From positions 96,170 through 160,169 of the forward strand of contig JBNGIO010006185.1 of NCBI GenBank assembly GCA_049999805.1: 64,000 nt of DNA, given 5' to 3'. How positions within the stretch are numbered: the first letter of the stretch is position 1; each line of letters opens with the position of its first letter. The position numbers and the translations under genes are program-made. Below are positions 1 to 12,895 of this stretch, piece after piece. Below the pieces are notes generated by a model. That model was not told the origin of the DNA. It ran no database searches and was given only the letters and a program-made list of their open reading frames with translations. This DNA is from Folioceros fuciformis. Lineage: Eukaryota.

Positions 1-437
1 AATAGATGAAATTGAGGTAGCCGTCCTCACCAGCACTCATGACTTTCTTCATGTTTCCGATCCCGCAGTAATTTGTTGGCCATCTACTGTGTCACAGCGG
101 ATCTTAGCAGTGAAGGCACTAGACCGAAATTGGAAGGATCATCTGGTGAACATGGCAAGACTCCGGGCTGCGGTAAGCATGAATATCAGCAACACTACAT
201 TGACGATATTTTCTGGTGCGGTCTTCTGAAGGACTTACGTGCTCCTGATCTGCTGTTTCTCCGCAGGCAAACGTGCGGAGCTTTGGTCATATGAACCCAC
301 TGGAGGAGTATAAAATCGATGGATGTCGCTTCTTCATTGCTATGTTAAGTGCAGCACGCCGTCTAACTATAGAGTCTTTGCTTCGTCCGTGGGTATCAGC
401 CGACGATGAACGCTTACTGGACTTGGATTATGCATAA
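1..437 (+). CDS. SECA2: Plastid preprotein translocase SecA2, last three exons (partial gene)
   Basis: GT-AG splicing of 1-16, 98-172 and 267-437 gives ...RILAVKALDRNWKDHLVNMARLRAA/ANVRSFGHMNPLEEYKIDGCRFFIAMLSAARRLTIESLL...*. This matches the SecA helical scaffold C-terminus of plant SECA2 (NVRSF..RNPLEEYKIDGCRFF). Confidence 0.9.
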
Positions 438-719
438 AGCAAAATCAGAGTGAAAGCTACGTGAGCAATGAATCTTGGTTGAGTTTCAATCACCAAAACT
501 TTTTTGGACGTATTTTAATGTGATCAGCTGTAGTAAGTGCACTGCAGCAGAAGGAACATTGACTTTCGGATAGTGACGTAGCTCCCGAGTTCCCAACCCA
601 TCCACGCTGAAAATTGTCAAGCGCTTGCTTTGACACAGCGTGCAGGATCAAGGAATCCAACTTTACTGTTGACTAAGCCCTTGCTGCGTAGCTGATACAG
701 TCAAAGAGCGTTGAAGGCT

Positions 720-1200
720 AGGCATGCAGAGCTAAAGGCTAAGGATGCAGGGCAGAAGGAAGGCTGAGGATGCAGAACAGAGGGCACCTACTACGGGTTG
801 TAAGCTGCAGGACCAGTATATTTGATACAGGCCTGCAGTTGAGAAAGCTACAGATTGTAAGCTGCTGGACCAGGAAATGTTATACAGGGCTGCAGTTGAT
901 AAAGCCAAAATGGTGCATAGTGGATCGCTTGATCATGCTTGAACTAACATGTAAGCGATCTTATGATTATGCTTGAACAAATGTGTAAGCTGCACATGCA
1001 GTATTGCCTCACCTGAATTGTGTGGTTTTGTCTTTGGTTGGCTTACACACTAGTTCAAGCATAGTCCTGCGGTCCACTGAATCATCAGCTTTCATGAACT
1101 GCAGACCTGTATCGAATTTTCTGATCCTGCAGCTTACAGCATGTATCTGCAGTCTCCTGCTCTGCCTCCTCAATCTCCTGCTCCGCCTCCTCAGTGTTGA
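720..1200. repeat. Imperfect inverted repeat (fold-back), followed by low-complexity CT-rich repeats to ~1380
   Basis: gtaagctgcaggaccagtatatttgatacaggcctgcagttgagaaagct (~800-850) pairs with agctttcatgaactgcagacctgtatcgaattttctgatcctgcagcttac (~1087-1137). gcttgaactaacatgtaagc (~937-956) pairs with gcttacacactagttcaagc (1041-1060). Confidence 0.7.
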
Positions 1201-2048
1201 GCCCTGCCTTCCCAGTCTTCTGCCCTGCCTCCTTCATGAAGTGTTCTGCCCTGCGTTCTTCATAAAGTCTTCTGCCCTGCCTTCTTCATGAAGTCTTCTG
1301 CTCTGCCTCCTCATTCTTCTGCCCTGCCTCCCCAGTCTTCTGTCTTGCCTTCCCAGTCTTCTGCTCTGTCTCCTCAATCAGTTTGGGTTGTGTTTTTTCA
1401 AATCCCAACTATGTCACATTTCATCACTACAACTTCCTAACCGCAATATACAGGGGTTTATCACCCTTCAATTTCAGTGCTATCTTTCCTTTCTAAACAC
1501 TACAATGCGATGTTAGAATGCCTCATCCTTCACAAGTGAATTTATTAGGGCATGACTAGGCCAGTGCGCTTTGTTTTGCTAGCCCGCAATTAGAATGCAC
1601 TCACAAGATTTTTTTGGCCTGCTTTGGTGCGTAACTGCTGTGAGGAAAGGGGATTTGAGAACACATAATATGATTATACCACAAAAGAAACCAAGCACCC
1701 CAAGGAGGCAATGACCTGTGCAGGTTGAATGAGAACATGGAGGATGAACATGATTTTATTTAATTATATAATATAACTACTCAAGTCCTAAAATGCTGGG
1801 AAATTGGCTTTGGCCTTCTGGGTTAACATTAGCCAATCCCTTAGTTGGCATTGTTCACTGATGAGACTAAAATGGTATAAGATTGTCTTGTACCTATGTG
1901 CTGAGGTTTTCCTTTTTGGACTGTAAACAACACGCAGCTTGGCCTTATTGAATCACATGGCGTGAATCATGGCCTAAATATCACTTGCTACTTAAGCCTG
2001 TTGAACTTAAGGTGCAGTGTTTTTAAAGGGTGGATTTAGAGTGTGAGT

Positions 2049-2210
2049 AAAGCAAAACCAGCGCGAGCTCTCCGGGCAGACGGAGCGATGAATCTTGGTG
2101 TAAGGTTTAGGATTTTGATTCAGAAAGTGTGTTAGGAAGTGTTTTAACGTGATCAGCTGTGGTCAGTGCTCGGCAGGAGAGAGAACATGGACTGTCGGAG
2201 AGTGACCACT
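2049..2210 (+). repeat. Diverged direct copy of the SECA2 3' flank (436-580)
   Basis: Shared blocks occur in the same order: aaagcaaaa(t/c)cag, gagc(a/g)atgaatcttggt, ttttaa(t/c)gtgatcagctgt, gaacat.gact.tcgga.agtgac. Confidence 0.6.
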
Positions 2211-4202
2211 AAGAATGACGATGGCTTCAGGGTTCCCTAGCCAGCTAGGCTGAAAGTTGTGAAACTCTTTACTCTAGCTTTGAGACTTGCTGAACGTTTT
2301 GACCAGTCGTCTGCAAGTCCTCTCCGCCATTTCCGTCGTGTGCGCCCTGAATCTGGCGTGGTCTCTGGCGCGGAGTCCCTTGGTAGATGAGGTAGAGAGT
2401 CCTGGCAAGGCAGTGATTCGAGTGTAAGGTAGCCGAGTGGCCCGAAGGAAAGTCCTTCAACAAGCGATGTCCTTACCATGCAAAAGCTGCTGCGTTGGAA
2501 ACCAGGACTCGGAACTGCAGAGGAATGACCAGGTTGTTGAAGAAAGACACTACAGGCCAGAACTGCAGGAAGAACAAGGATTGAGGGTCACACGCAGATG
2601 CATTGTTCGACCAAAGAAAAAAGGGGCTTAGAAGATGTCATCTAGGTACAAAGCGATATCAAGGTTGGCAAAGCCCGACTGAACTGAAATTTGTGACAGA
2701 GTCATACCGTCCAAGATCTCAATTGCACAGAAAGAAACCGTTCTCTCACTAGCTTGTACACCTCGCTAAATGTCAGGTCTGCAAGCCATGCTATAGATGA
2801 GATGGCAGGCGCAGTGAACCAATGTGGTTTTAACACGAGAAAGTACATCTTGCTTAGGCACACCTTCAAGAACCAGGCCAGAAAATGTCATGTAAAGGAA
2901 ATTGTTCCACGGCCCCGAGGTTAACTGGTCCAGAACCACCTACACAGGAACAGGCAATGGGAAATGCTTTAGGAGCAAATTTGTTTCACCAGAAGATAAC
3001 CAAACAAAATAACTCCCGTAACAAACAAGGAAACACCTTCCGGATAACAGTCCAGAGGTCACTCCGTCCTTTAAACAGTCGATCCATGGCCTTGTGGTAG
3101 GTATGCATGTAAGGGCCTAGGTACAGAAGCCCGTAAGCCTGCACAGCATGTAGAGCATTGCAATTATGCTCCCGGGTTCCACACACACAGCAAGAACCAC
3201 GAGATGTCAAATAATTAATGGAAGGAACACATACAACACCAACAGCAGGTGAAATCAAAACACTCACAGTCATCAGGCTTAAGCGTTTCCTGTTCAAACG
3301 TGTTTTGCGTTGAATCTTCTGTGCTGTGAACTCACTGGAAAGAGACACGAGCCCTGTCGTAACGGCCTGCAATGTGTCAGGACGAGAAACCTTTCAGAAC
3401 ACTCTTCCGAATCAGCAAAGAACCTTTGCCGCAGCTCATCTCACTGTCTGGCAGCTCGGGCGGAGCTACTGCTGCATGCGCAAGCGATTGCAGCAAAGGA
3501 TCGGGCAACTCGCAATTCACAAACCACACCTCAACCATTTTGCTCCCTGCAAACTTCTCGGAAGTCAAATTGGAACGGCAGAACTGCAATTCGAGCCTCC
3601 AGCAAAACTCGAGAGCAAACTCTCGCGAGCTTGCAGACCAAACATAACCTCCATCCCAGCATCAGAGTGTGAGTGCGCTTCTGGCTCACCATGGTCGGCA
3701 GCGGCTTTTGCCGCAGCAAATGCAAGTAGCGTCTCCACGCGAAGATCAAAATGTCCCCCGTCATGGTGCGTTCGCGAGCAACACAAGCTTCTGACTCTTA
3801 GAGCGCGCTGAGAAAGTCACACATTGTGGACACACGGCGAGGAAGTGGCGTGGAATGCAGCCTGCAGGTGTCAGAGCTGGTAATGTAGCACCAGAATCAC
3901 GTCCCAAACCCACTCAAAATTAGCCACCAGGTGACAGAAAAACGATTCCTTCATCGAGTCCGTCTGGACTGCCGTGAGGATAGAAAATGAGAGTATATGC
4001 ACCCCATTATTCTTCTATTTTCATTATAGTTTTCTTATTTGCCATGAGTGGAGTTTTGAAAGATTCCTCTGCAAATCAGATATTCATATGCGAGCATGGC
4101 ATAGTAATAGAGTTAAGGTGCAGGATGGCGATTTGCCTATAGAATGTTATATGAAAGTGGAAAATGCTTCTGCTTTGTTGAAAAATAAGTGGCATATTCG
4201 TC

Positions 4203-5287
4203 TTAATTTTTGTATACATGTTGGAGAGTTAGCATGTGTTTCATTTGGTTTTCTATTTGCAATTCATCTTGGCGGAGCTCATGCTGCAACATCAGTTGTT
4301 GCATGTGTCGCTGGTTTGCCATTTTAGCTCCTTCAATCTTTGGTAAAAAATCAGCGAAAGATAATAAGCTTGCTGCAATTTCCTTTCTCACTCTTGAAAT
4401 AGAAGAACTTCTACAGTTGATCTTTTTGCCTTACACAGGATCACTCATATTGTCCTATTGTGCAGTGCCTGGCTTACTTGGGGATTCTGCACAATGCTCC
4501 TCTATTGTCTCTTGAGCTTTGGCTTACTTGGGAATTTTGCACAATGCTCCTCTATTGTCTCTTGAGCTTTGGCTTACTTGGGGATTCTGCACAATGCTCT
4601 TCTACTGTCTCTTGAGCTTTGGCTTACTTGGGGATTCTGCACAATGCTCCTCTACTATCTCTTGAGCTTTGGCTTACTTGGGGATTCTACACAATGCTGC
4701 TCTATTGTCTCTTGAGCTTTGGAAGTGACATGATGGGGTGCATGCGGTGAATCACCTAGAGAAGCTTGCTCCAAATCAAATAAGTAAGTTCTACTCTTTG
4801 CAACATCTAAAGGTGAGTTGACAGAGTTGGCAGTACCTTGTGACATCTTTGACTTGCCAAGATCCAAGGCACATGGAATCCCTTGGAATTTGGGGTTTTC
4901 ATCACAAAGGTTTGCCATCACATGGAAGTGAGGCCACGAGGAATTTATGCTTCCTATTGCTGTTTTTTGCTCCTTCTCCTTTCAATACCGCTTCTTGAGA
5001 TTTTCCATTTTCATCTTGCACTTTTTCGCAGTCACACCAAGAAGGCCACAGTTGTAACTATCTTCAACAGCCACCTTATTCCAATGTCTTATAGTGAGAT
5101 TACCTTGCTTGAGGTGTACTAAGTCCATCTCATGATAGGCTTCTATCAGAATAGTTGTTGCCTCTTCACTCCACATGAGGTTGCTATCATGCTTTGATTT
5201 GGTTGTAGAATGTTGCTCTTCTATGATTGCAAGGAGATTATCGTCTCTGTCTTCAATCTCCATCCTCCACAATGGTGAGATGTTCAT
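4203..5287 (-). pseudogene. Trihelix (Myb/SANT-like, SIP1/ASIL-type) transcription factor pseudogene or Harbinger ORF1-like relic
   Basis: WSEEATTILIEAY...WNKVA...KCKMKMENLKKRY*KEKE...SSWPHF is a trihelix domain. The C-terminal coiled coil is EIAASLLSFADFLPKIEGAKM. It carries in-frame TGA, TAG and TAA stops and a frameshifting tandem expansion. Confidence 0.7.
4471..4720. repeat. 50-bp tandem repeat x5
   Basis: Unit ggcttacttggggattctgcacaatgctcctctattgtctcttgagcttt starts at 4471, 4521, 4571, 4621 and 4671. Confidence 0.95.
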
Positions 5288-5305
5288 GTTCTATCTTGTA
5301 AAGTC

Positions 5306-5404
5306 TTGGAGCCTCATCCTTGACTGACCGATCAAGTGTTGGAGCCTCATCCTTGACTGATCGATCAAGTGTTGGAGCCTCATCCTTGACTGACCGATCA
5401 AGTG
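5306..5404. repeat. 33-bp tandem repeat x3
   Basis: Unit ttggagcctcatccttgactgaccgatcaagtg. Confidence 0.9.
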
Positions 5405-6632
5405 TTGATTGGCGAGGAGGCGGAGTATGTGGCTAAGGCTAGAGTAAGCTAGAGGAGGCAGAGTATGTGGCGAAGGCTAGAGTACTTGTGGTGGAAGCTA
5501 GAAGTTTTGATGTGAAGGCTAGAAGAATCTTCATCCTCTACGCTGGAGATAGACGCATGCGAGATTGGTGACCTAGGTTGTATGATAATTAATTATAATT
5601 ATACCATCACAGATATACAATGAAAACATAACAAAATAGAATACTGTAAACTCACCGTGTGCGCAGTTTGCTACTTTGATTGGAAAGACAGTTTTTAGAG
5701 CTTTTCCCTTCTTTCTAAGAAATGGCGCAGTATTGCCATTGTGAAAGGCCCTTGAGCCAGTTGCCACATGCCAGCGGAAAAGTGACACATGCCGGCGGAA
5801 AAGTGACACAATCCGGAAAACAGACACCGAGGAAAGCCTTGCGCCTTGCGGAAACATAAACATCCCATGACAGAACATCGCGGGGATGTCTGAGATCTCA
5901 ACCCAAGCCCAGTACGTGCTGCAGGGCTGGACGCAAAGAAGGATGCTCTAGAGCAGAAGAAAGCAACCTAAAGAAAGAGGACCCGGGACAGCAAAAGGTC
6001 TCCGGTTGGATGGAGTACATGAGCTAACGTTCTTACCAGCACCCCCACCAGGTCAGATGTAGAAGTCCGCGCACTGGACTTGAGGGCAGGTAATATGGCT
6101 TTCTTACAGGTGCATCAAGGCGGAAGCTCGGGTTCGATTATACCACGTCTGGCGTTAGCTATACAAAATGCTATAGCCTTGCCTGTGACTCAAAACCTTG
6201 TCCTGCTGCGTCTTGGTCTGCGAGTCCAGTACCCTGGACAACAATGGTGATGGATGGATGTAATTACACCCTAGATGGTACATTCTTAGTATACACGCTT
6301 ATCCATGTTACCATCACTTATTTGCTGCGAGGATCAGAAGATCTTCCAAGGAGCCTTCCAAGTTTCTTTCCCAGGCCTTCTTCTTGCTGACTATCACTTG
6401 CCCCTTTTTCCCTTCTATCACAACGACAATCCTTTGTCAGAGCGTGATCAACTCAGTTGGTAAACTAGCCGAACATCCAAGACCACTCGATACAAACAGA
6501 TCGTACGACGGCGACGTGAACCGGTCCCAAACATTGAAGTCAACGAACAGAATTGAGCTTAGACCTAAGTTGACGGCTTTGACCTAATCAGTATAACTCG
6601 AACCACCATCATACCCTAGAGCCAACCTTAAC

Positions 6633-7919
6633 TCACCGCAAACGGACCACAATGCATGAAATATCGTCTTTGCTTTTCCGTGCTATAGCTACGTCTGTCA
6701 GACGCTTTGCTGCAGCTTCTGGATCCTTCATGTTTGCCACTAGGTCTACAGCTTCTTGGTTTTCCATCACCTGCACACCAAAACACAAGTCTAGGTGAGT
6801 GTTGGAATCAATCGTCAATTCCCACTGAAGCCATTCCGCAGAAGAGTGCAGGAGCGTGAACTTACCTTCCAAAGCCCATCGCTTGCAAGTATCAAACAAT
6901 CAGATGGACCCACAATCGTGTCGTTAATATCAGGTTTAGCACTTAAATGAACCTTCAAGCTCTTGTCACCGAACGCACGAGCTACTGCTAGCTGTCCATC
7001 GACCCTTGGAACATCGCCTGAGCCAGCAAGGATGGCAGATCAGATTCTACTACTCGTAAAAATAATTTTCGCAAGGTACACGCAACAGATCATCTTCCAG
7101 GAAGGACCGATTCTAGACCCAATACCCCTCGAGCACATCACGTGCGACTCATCTAGAAAAATGGTGACAGCCTGCAACGTACCAGGCATGTTGGAGACGA
7201 ACCCTCCCTTGTTTTCAATGTCTCCTTTCTCCTTTGGAGCACTGGGTTCATGATCCACAGAGAGTTGCTCTGCTATTCCAGCCCTACTGAGCACAGCTCG
7301 GGAATCACCAACATTTGCAATCAAAAGTCGTGCACCATTAATCAAAATAGCCGTAACAGCCGTTGAACCACCGGGCCCGAGGGAAGGTGCCTTTTCCAAA
7401 ATTGTCCCATCGGTTCTAAGGTAAGCTTCTTGCATAGCACTCAAAGGATGTATCCAGAACTCTCTCTGTTGGATCCCAGCAACATGGCACCCATCAGCCC
7501 AGGAACATACAGATGGCAGATACACAACTGCCATGCCTCAGAGTGCGCATCCAGAGATACCATGACCCCCACATGCCAAGGATGCAACTTCACAGCCCCC
7601 CAACCTGCATTTTCATCCCATTAACTCGACACTGGAAATCGAATCAAAAGATGCCCAATCCTACCTCCTTAAGTATGTTGTCAAACAGATGAATCTTCAA
7701 GTACTCTGCTACATTTTGACCCAAATGGCCGTCATAAATGGCAAATAACCCAAGCTCCTTGTCCTTCACCCTTCTGTACTCGGCGACGTGATAATCTTCC
7801 ATTGGATGTTTTGACTTGCCCTTCACTAGAGAGAACCCATGCATGACTCGTTGATTTTGGCTGTACCCCTTCCCAGCATTTGAAGTTTGGGGACGGGCAG
7901 ACTGGGAATGCAAGGCCAT
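6633..7919 (-). CDS. Protein phosphatase 2C (clade F-like), multi-exon; true start may lie in upstream exons
   Basis: PP2C motifs across exons: [78 protein letters not shown] introns join them. Confidence 0.9.
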
Positions 7920-10072
7920 CTGCAATCATCATCGAGAACAATCGTCCCAATTTAGAGACAAAAACAGAGGAATATGCCGACTGCCACACACTCAGGGGTA
8001 CAGCACGAGTTACCCCTTCCTCCTGAACCCTCGACCTACACTGCAACCTGCCAAGTTACCGTCCTACACTGAACTCTACATGAGAGCATTCCCAACTCTT
8101 CAGAACCAGCACGGGCAACGCGTACGATACAGGCAGCAAAGCCACAATCCAAAATTGGACAACCCAGAGACCGCACCAACCTTGCAACTGGCCATCCCTC
8201 TGCAGAACAGAATCCCCATGGTCACTAGACCCAGCTGCCTCCCGCAGAGGAATCACCAAGCGCACACGACTAGACCAGTTCTGCGCACCGGACTGACCGG
8301 AAAGGCCGTCCTCTACTCCGCATCTCCATACTAAGTAACCACGAAACGCCAAAACGCAAAAGCCATTCAGTAAAGCGCATATACAAACTCAACAACTACC
8401 GGCCAGCGCCAACTCCGAAGCCACTGCAGACCGGTGAACAGCCAGCTACAGTCCACGGTCCCCACGACTCAAACCCGCTCCCCGTCCGCCATGCCACCAG
8501 CTCGTGCGGCCACCAGCCGCACCAATTGCCCCTATCTCCATAGACAATTACAGCATCCTACCATCCCCGCGCCATGCCCCCCACACCAAACCGTCCACAA
8601 AAAGCTTAAACCCTGCTCACACGGTCCCTTCCTAGAACGCCTCACCCCGGGAACCTCAGATTTCCACCACGCACATCAACGCAAGCCAAAATCAACACTT
8701 GCAACGCCAGACCAAGCGGGCAAGGGGCATTAGCATTACAATGAACTATCCGCCGGCCGCTTCTCCTTCCTCCGTCCTCCTCCTCCAAGCCCTAGCTCTG
8801 CTGCCAGCCGCGTCCAAGCACGGATCGGGAAGCTGGAGCAGAGCCCTTGCACCGCCGCGTCCTAGGATTCGCCAATTCCTTCCAGCCTCGGCAATTGCAG
8901 CACTCGTCCTCAGGCGCACCTCCGGCTTGCGATTGCTTGCGGAAAACGCAGGGGGGGAGCTTCCCGCACCGGATTGGCGTGTATCACAGCGATCCGGAGG
9001 TCGGAGGCCTGGCGGTGGCGAGCTAAGAAGTCTCCCCTGGTCGTCTGGCACACGGAATGCCGTGGTCGGGGAAGGAAGCTCACCAAAAGGAGGCTGCGCC
9101 CGATCAAGCCGCGCCGATGCGACGCGGCTCCCACCTTCCAATCCCCGTCCCCGTATAGGCCTGTGACGATGCTGGCCACCGTTTCGTACGCCCGTTTCGT
9201 ACGTCACACAATCACGCCGTGCCACCTGTGACTTGTGTGAGACATTCTCTCACAGTCCTGGGAGTTTGACTTTGGAAAGTACAAGGAACGGGAAGAAATT
9301 TCAAACCCACGGGATTCGGATGTTCGAACCGCAGTGCAGTTCCGCGAGAGTTCACCTAACCGCAATCGACGGTTCTGGGTGACGCCGTCAAATCCTCACT
9401 TCCCGTCCATTTTGTATCCTGTGGCAGCGGATAAGAGGGCAGGACATGTTTCCGCCAGGATCTGTTCCGGAGTGAACAACAGGGCCAACACCGGTCTAGA
9501 CGGCGCCTGTTTTCCAGTCCACCCGCAGCAGCAGTGCTGTGCGGATTCATTCATGTCTGCCAAGCCTCCTCGTCCACGGATGGCAAATAATAGATAGTTC
9601 TACTACAGCCGAGCCAACAATAAACTATGCCGGTGGGTGCTATCTTTTCCATCCTTCGTTGGAGCACAAAGTGCAAGGGTGAAAGCTCAACCTTCTTCAA
9701 AATGATCCACTGCCAATCTGGCTTTCTGAAGGCCTTATCTTCTATTTGCTTATTCATAAATAAACTTCTAGTTTGGCTTAGGTACTACTTAGTTTTCTAG
9801 GGGGTGATATTTTTTTCATCCTTAGTAAACATAAATAAAGTTAACAAGAACTGGATTAATTTATACATGCTTGAACCGGGACGTGGGTCCGATTTTTAAA
9901 TCCGTTTTGCTATTTCTCACTGCGTGGACTGAGCGAGTTCATGGAGTTCCATTACTTTTTAAGAAGTTGGAATGGTTGAATCCTGACCGTTGAATCCTAC
10001 CGAAAGGATCTTGCTGTTCGTAAGTGCGTGGACTGGACTGGTTCGAGGTACATACATCGGGTGGAGTGTGGA

Positions 10073-10894
10073 ATGCTGGGCGTCGGGCGTCCTCCAGGTA
10101 TGTCCTCGCCTTTAAATCCTAGAACCCGTCCATTGTGCAGGACTCATCGAGGCGAACATTGAATTGCGAGATCTCGCAGATGCTCGACGAGAAAGATGGG
10201 CCGGTAATCCACGCGTGACTTTCCAGAGCCAGGAGTCTCCATTCACCGAAGTTCTGCAGCGATGCCGCCCACTCCTTGGATTAGGCGGACAGCTAACCCG
10301 TATCCTTTCAAACGGAGAAGGATTGCCAGGCCGATCCTAGGTTGGGAGCATTCGGTCGACGGGTCCAGCGATCTTGGGGATCATCACAAGGCAGAGCACC
10401 AAGATGTGTGGAACATGGGGGGAGCGAGTGTAGAGCCTACCAGCATGGATTGGGAGTCGATGGAAAGTTATAACGGAAGCGGAAGGAACTCTTCGTCGTT
10501 GCCCGCACCTAATGATCTTGCAGACGGCTTTGCACTGACTGTGCACATCACGAGTGGCTCGTTGCCGGTGGCTCATGATCGTGCGGGTTATTTGAAGACG
10601 GCTCGCAGTGTCGATGGGGAGATGGGAGGCATTCAAGGAGATGATGCGACGCGCATTGTCAAGATTATGTACCCGGAGAGCTTGTTGGGGAAACGGAGAC
10701 GCCTAGACCTAGACACCCTTGACAAGCATGCCTATGCTGATCATGATCCTACTGGTCCAATGAATACCCAGATGGGGTTCCTGGCTGATGGTGACCGTGG
10801 ATATGTCGGACGTGGTTATTACACTGGTCATGCACTGGTCATTGCACTATCTTTTGAGCCACCACCTGACGCATCTGATGACGTGACGCATTAA
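10073..10894 (+). CDS. Hypothetical protein (two small exons spliced into ORF 10262-10894)
   Basis: ATG 10073 exon (CAG/gtatg), an exon at ~10141-10203 and the acceptor ctgcag at ~10259 splice in frame with the 210-aa ORF. No recognised domain. Confidence 0.4.
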
Positions 10895-11007
10895 TTTGAA
10901 CTCGTGGGCTTCTCGTACGAACAGGATGCATGTTTGATTGATTGCGTTTGATGATCCACTGGGCTGTTAACGAATCCCACCTCAGACTACTCCATCTTCC
11001 GGCCCAG

Positions 11008-12014
11008 ATGCCGTCCGGAAAAGACTTGCACGCTCTGTTCACCAAACGAATTCTTCGCTCATTACTCGTGACTCTTTCCGATGCAGCACCGTTGTCTACA
11101 TCTGACAGTCTGAGAACGTTCATTATCCCATGGCTGCCTACAGCAGCCTTGCCTTGTTGTTGTTGCCTTGCCCACAGCAGTTGGCATGATTTTGTCACGG
11201 CTTAATGTATGTCTTCTTTGCCTTCTCCGCTTCATTTCCTATCGTAACAAAGTTCTTCATGAACCTTCCGATGCGCGGTCACCAAACGGGAGGACGATGC
11301 TCCCATCTGAAACTCGACCTGATCCTGAGGAACTTTTTTCGCATTCTGGAGGTATCCATGGATACCGGCAGCTTGTATTTCCAGAAGATAGCACTGGGTG
11401 TAAGTCCAGGTCGACCGATCGTATTAGCCGTTTCCCCCAAAGGAAATCATTCGCTCATGCTCGAGCATCCCAGGAGCAAGCCAATCTTCATCACCCGGAA
11501 GCAATGTCCTCTTGTGTAGACTTTGTCAAATTGCTTTGCGGGAATAGGAGACGTAGAATGTGATTTCCACTCTCGTAGGTACTACATCTTTGTCTCGTAA
11601 CGGGGATATCGGGCAGGTAAAATGAGCGTCCTCCTGGCACGTATCGGGCTAGGCCACATGCCTGTCAGAATTTGGAGTGTCCCGGCCGTTGAATCCCATC
11701 AGTCGACAACTGAGATGTCCGGGGACCCCACACAGCACACAGCAGTGGGGATTCTATGCATACTAACAGCCGTGGAGGTGCGTGATTCAAGTCTCGGTGC
11801 AATCTACTTTGCGCAAAAAGGACGTCATACATTATACTTCCTCTTCCTCCAGGCTGTCCCAGAGCCGGTATCGCACAGATCTGCAACTGTGAGCGCAAGC
11901 TTGCAGATAGAGCTGCGGACACTGCTGATAGTGTTGGTGCACTTGAGAATTCATCCAAGAGTATGGCATATTCACCAGGTAGCTCACAGCCCAGGTGGAG
12001 TGGGGGTCGGGTAG
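11008..12014 (+). pseudogene. Degenerate F-box-like gene
   Basis: LRTFIIPWLPTAALPCCCCLAHSSWHDFV resembles the F-box consensus (I..LP..L..c.V.k.W). The downstream ORFs at 11205 and 11622 share one frame broken by stops. Confidence 0.35.
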
Positions 12015-12895
12015 CGTCAGACAGGGAGAAAGACTATGTAGAGCTAGCGGCCATGTTTCGCAGGCAGGGGGCATCTCCACCAGAGGAGAAGGATCTGAAA
12101 GCCATGTCGGAGGCCCTGCACGGAGGCAGATTCGACCATTTCCTCGCAGCGGTTTTGGATGCTCGATTTCCTGGCCGCAGAAATCTGGATCCTGAGACGG
12201 GTGTCAAGATGCCAAAGACACCTACTCTTGGAGATTATTTTCGCAACATGAGGATAGGGTTCAAGGGGCTTCGGGAATCCACGCCAGGGGAAACCCTAGA
12301 CCTCGACAGCAGGGCGAGTACTCGAGACGAAACCGACTCCTCGGACTCATGGGAGTTCGCTGGCGAGAGATATCGCTTTGCCTTCTCTCAGCCAGACTTT
12401 GAAACTTGCTTAAGACATATTCTGTCGGTTGCGTGTAGTGCACGGACTTCCACCACAAAGGTCCAGGTTCCCAGATTGTTCAAGCCTGTGCCGTCTGATT
12501 CGCCGTCGCCAGACTCGGCTTCGGAGTTCATTGCCAAGTCCACTCTCAAAGATTATTTCCAAGCTCTCCACATTGCGGTGAACCAGAGTGTGGTTGATAG
12601 CGAGCATGACACGGAGCACTCTAGTGTCGCCGAGGGAGTAGACGAGCAATTTTCTCGGACAATTATGGACGAGAATGGCAACTATGCCGAGCCATATTCT
12701 TGGAAAGTTATGGAAGAGAACGGCAGCTACGACGAGCAATATTCTAGGAAAGTTATGGAAGGGAATGGCAGGTATGACGAGCCATATTCTTGGAAAGGTA
12801 TGGAAGAGGACTGCAGCTATGACGATGTCAATGAAACTGACTTAGCTCATGAGGTTGACTGGGATTCCGTAGAATGGGAAGCAGAATGTAGCTGA
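11963..12895 (+). CDS. Hypothetical protein with acidic 15-aa C-terminal repeats
   Basis: 310-aa ORF. Repeats DEQ(F/Y)SR.(I/V)M.ENG.Y and .EPYSWK.MEE..SY come from 45-bp tandem units at ~12640-12830. Confidence 0.4.
   Translation: MAYSPGSSQPRWSGGRVASDREKDYVELAAMFRRQGASPPEEKDLKAMSEALHGGRFDHFLAAVLDARFPGRRNLDPETGVKMPKTPTLGDYFRNMRIGFKGLRESTPGETLDLDSRASTRDETDSSDSWEFAGERYRFAFSQPDFETCLRHILSVACSARTSTTKVQVPRLFKPVPSDSPSPDSASEFIAKSTLKDYFQALHIAVNQSVVDSEHDTEHSSVAEGVDEQFSRTIMDENGNYAEPYSWKVMEENGSYDEQYSRKVMEGNGRYDEPYSWKGMEEDCSYDDVNETDLAHEVDWDSVEWEAECS

Noticed and set aside
2237-3811. Several overlapping ORFs on both strands
   Set aside because: No recognisable domain or consistent splice model. Possibly a decayed gene or TE, but not supportable.
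4471-4720. Repeat arrays (also 18590-18739, 42361-42575) as CRISPR
   Set aside because: They are head-to-tail tandem units without unique spacers, in a eukaryotic intron-containing context with no cas genes.
4982-4984. Idea that nuclear U-to-C editing repairs the trihelix stop codons
   Set aside because: PPR-mediated U-to-C editing is organellar, and the gene also has a frameshifting repeat expansion. Methylation-driven C-to-T decay is sufficient.
6100-6160. GGTTCGATT tRNA T-loop-like motif
   Set aside because: No T-stem, acceptor stem or cloverleaf can be folded around it.
8699-9231. GC-rich ORFs upstream of PP2C and the many antisense ORFs over HST, the RING gene and the PPR genes
   Set aside because: Shadow ORFs caused by high GC or codon bias in 5' UTR/promoter or antisense to real genes. 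No motifs.
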